A stretch of DNA of 64,000 bases from Pecten maximus (Eukaryota): positions 14,382,097 through 14,446,096 of the forward strand of contig NC_047019.1 of NCBI RefSeq assembly GCF_902652985.1, in the 5' to 3' direction. The notes under the pieces are model-generated. The model was not told where the DNA came from, made no database searches, and saw only the letters and a list, made by a program, of their open reading frames with translations. Within the stretch, counting starts at the first letter, position 1; the number at the start of each line of letters is the position of its first letter. This document shows, piece after piece, positions 62,657 to 64,000 of this stretch. The position numbers and the translations under genes were made by a program.

Positions 62657-64000
62657 TCCTGTAATCCTCAGACAATGTGTATGGTTTAACCTGTCAGTTC
62701 ATTTCGTCTCCCGAGGCATGGAGTTTCACTACAAGTTAACCCGGAATTCTTCTGAATTTCACAGCGACGAATCTGGTGATTACGTAACACTTGCACACAG
62801 CACAAAAAAATCATCAAGGGGGTGTAAATTCCACAGAATCTAACCAGGATAAACGAATGTACGGTTGTCCTGAATCTCGGACATGTCCGGTTGAAATGTT
62901 GAGATTTTTCTTAGAAAAATACTGATCCGAACGCAACAATGTTATTTAATCAGTATAACAAGGAAGCCTGCAGTTCTCCCCAGACAACAACAGTGTGGTA
63001 TAGCACAAAACCACTGGCTAAACGTAGCTTTGCTCATTTTCTCACACATATTTGTAAATCGTTCGAAATTGAGAAGCCATACACGCCTCACTGCCTCCGG
63101 GCGACCACTATTCAATACTGACCATCGCTGCGAGTCATCCCTTCGTGCATACAACCGATCTGTCTTCAAACCAGAAGAAAGCATTGAGCACATCACTATC
63201 AGCCATGGTTAACAACGCCCCTGCTCCATCGCATGAAAACCATCCATCATCGTTGAAAATTGCGGCCGCGTCAGGGTCGAACATGTCACAGACACGCCAG
63301 TCTGATGAAGATAATATACTATGCCTTCAGTCGGTAGCCCCATCTGTGGTTTCCAACAGTGAAGTAAAGGTCCAATCCATAATGTCAACACCAGGTTTTT
63401 TCACGAGCTCCTCATTCAAAGACTGCGTGTTCAATTTTCAGTCTTCATAGTCTCACGTGTTTATCGCCATTTGAAATGAAGCGTGGCTCGTCAAGTGGTG
63501 CGTAACCAGTCCGCGAATGCAGGAAAATTAAAAAGAAACTAAGTCTTACAAAGCGTAAATTTATATGTATTTTCACGATTATATGTAATAGAATATTGTT
63601 ATTTTAACATTAAATACAAATTAAGCAGTAGATTACGATTGATCGTTGTTTTTTTTAAATATATTTCCATGGACTATTTTTGTAGTCCTCAAGATGTGGC
63701 TGTTGGCTGTTCCATGATTAGCGCTCACCAGAACGGGAGCGCGGGAAATTTGAATTTCAGTTTTAAACAGAAAAAAATAACAAGAGGCCCAGGGGCCTTA
63801 ACGGTCATCTGACTCTAAATTAAAACCCTTATATTATTGTAGTATGAATTCTTTGTAGCAAGTATATAGTGGCATTGTTGGCCATGGTGGCCATCTTGGA
63901 TTTCTGACCGACCCAATAAATAATAACACTTGGTCTGGACCATCTAAGGATAATTTCTGGTAAGTAAGAGCTGAATCCTACCGGTGGAATTTGAGAAGAA

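Larger units (their letters stand above)
60871..63450 (+). pseudogene. Crypton-like tyrosine-recombinase/DUF3504 element (decayed), interrupted by two retroposon insertions and carrying at least 2 frameshifts
   Basis: N-terminal exon ..ETHTSDHKQKRFVSTSEEELAEMFDSRQEKSTKKNTAWGVKLFQ| (donor at 61560, interrupted at 60942/61471 by retroposon copy 10). The exon from 61741 gives DWNMETRESGKDFKTITSDQLSKLLQTFYVEARPNKMGSDKLYHKNTLKNIRGAINRHLVDLNRNIDIVRDKEFRQTSGILDGLLKHREKSGQSKPTKHKDIIEPAHLDKISSYLSGAKDSPVI (DUF3504 pattern), then retroposon copy 11 at 62125-62656. It continues ..YGCPESRTCPVEMLRFFLEKY, a 1-nt shift, DPNATMLFNQYNKEACSSPQTTTVWYSTKPLAKRSFAHFLTHICKSFEIEKPYTPHCLRATTIQY (H..R box), another 1-nt shift, then ..NTDHRCESSLRAYNRSVF (a GH.S....Y-like tyrosine box). 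Confidence 0.5.

Overview
This is a eukaryotic (metazoan) nuclear genomic window, AT-rich (roughly 35% GC) and probably from a marine invertebrate, judging by the families of repeats and genes present. Protein-coding genes are multi-exon with canonical GT-AG introns, so no prokaryotic-type systems such as CRISPR or operons are present. From 1 to 25.3 kb there is a tandem cluster of four paralogous genes for secreted proteins: signal peptide, conserved N-terminal modules, a dystroglycan-type cadherin-like (He_PIG/CADG) domain, one EGF domain and one F5/8 type C (discoidin) domain. They are arranged as two divergent head-to-head pairs, A(-)/B(+) and C(-)/D(+). The two minus-strand copies share one intron position and each carries an apparent frameshift; the two plus-strand copies share a different intron position and look intact. 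From 28.6 to 36.8 kb there is a coiled-coil protein gene and an IFT27/RABL4-like small GTPase gene, both on the minus strand. Between 38.4 and 41.0 kb and again at 55.8 to 56.8 kb lies a tandemly repeated tRNA-Val array (anticodons AAC, CAC, TAC) with 7 intact genes plus degenerate or chimeric copies. The last third is transposon-rich: at least 11 copies of a roughly 530-bp non-autonomous retroposon, a pogo-like DDE transposase pseudogene with a Pro/Val-rich tandem-repeat tail, an IS3EU-like transposase fragment, a non-LTR retrotransposon RT fragment, and a decayed Crypton-like tyrosine-recombinase/DUF3504 element split by two retroposon insertions with exact 10-bp target-site duplications. 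There is also a gene with an internal 42-bp coding tandem repeat and a frame discontinuity. Several satellite-like tandem repeats and long perfect palindromes sit in introns and intergenic DNA.
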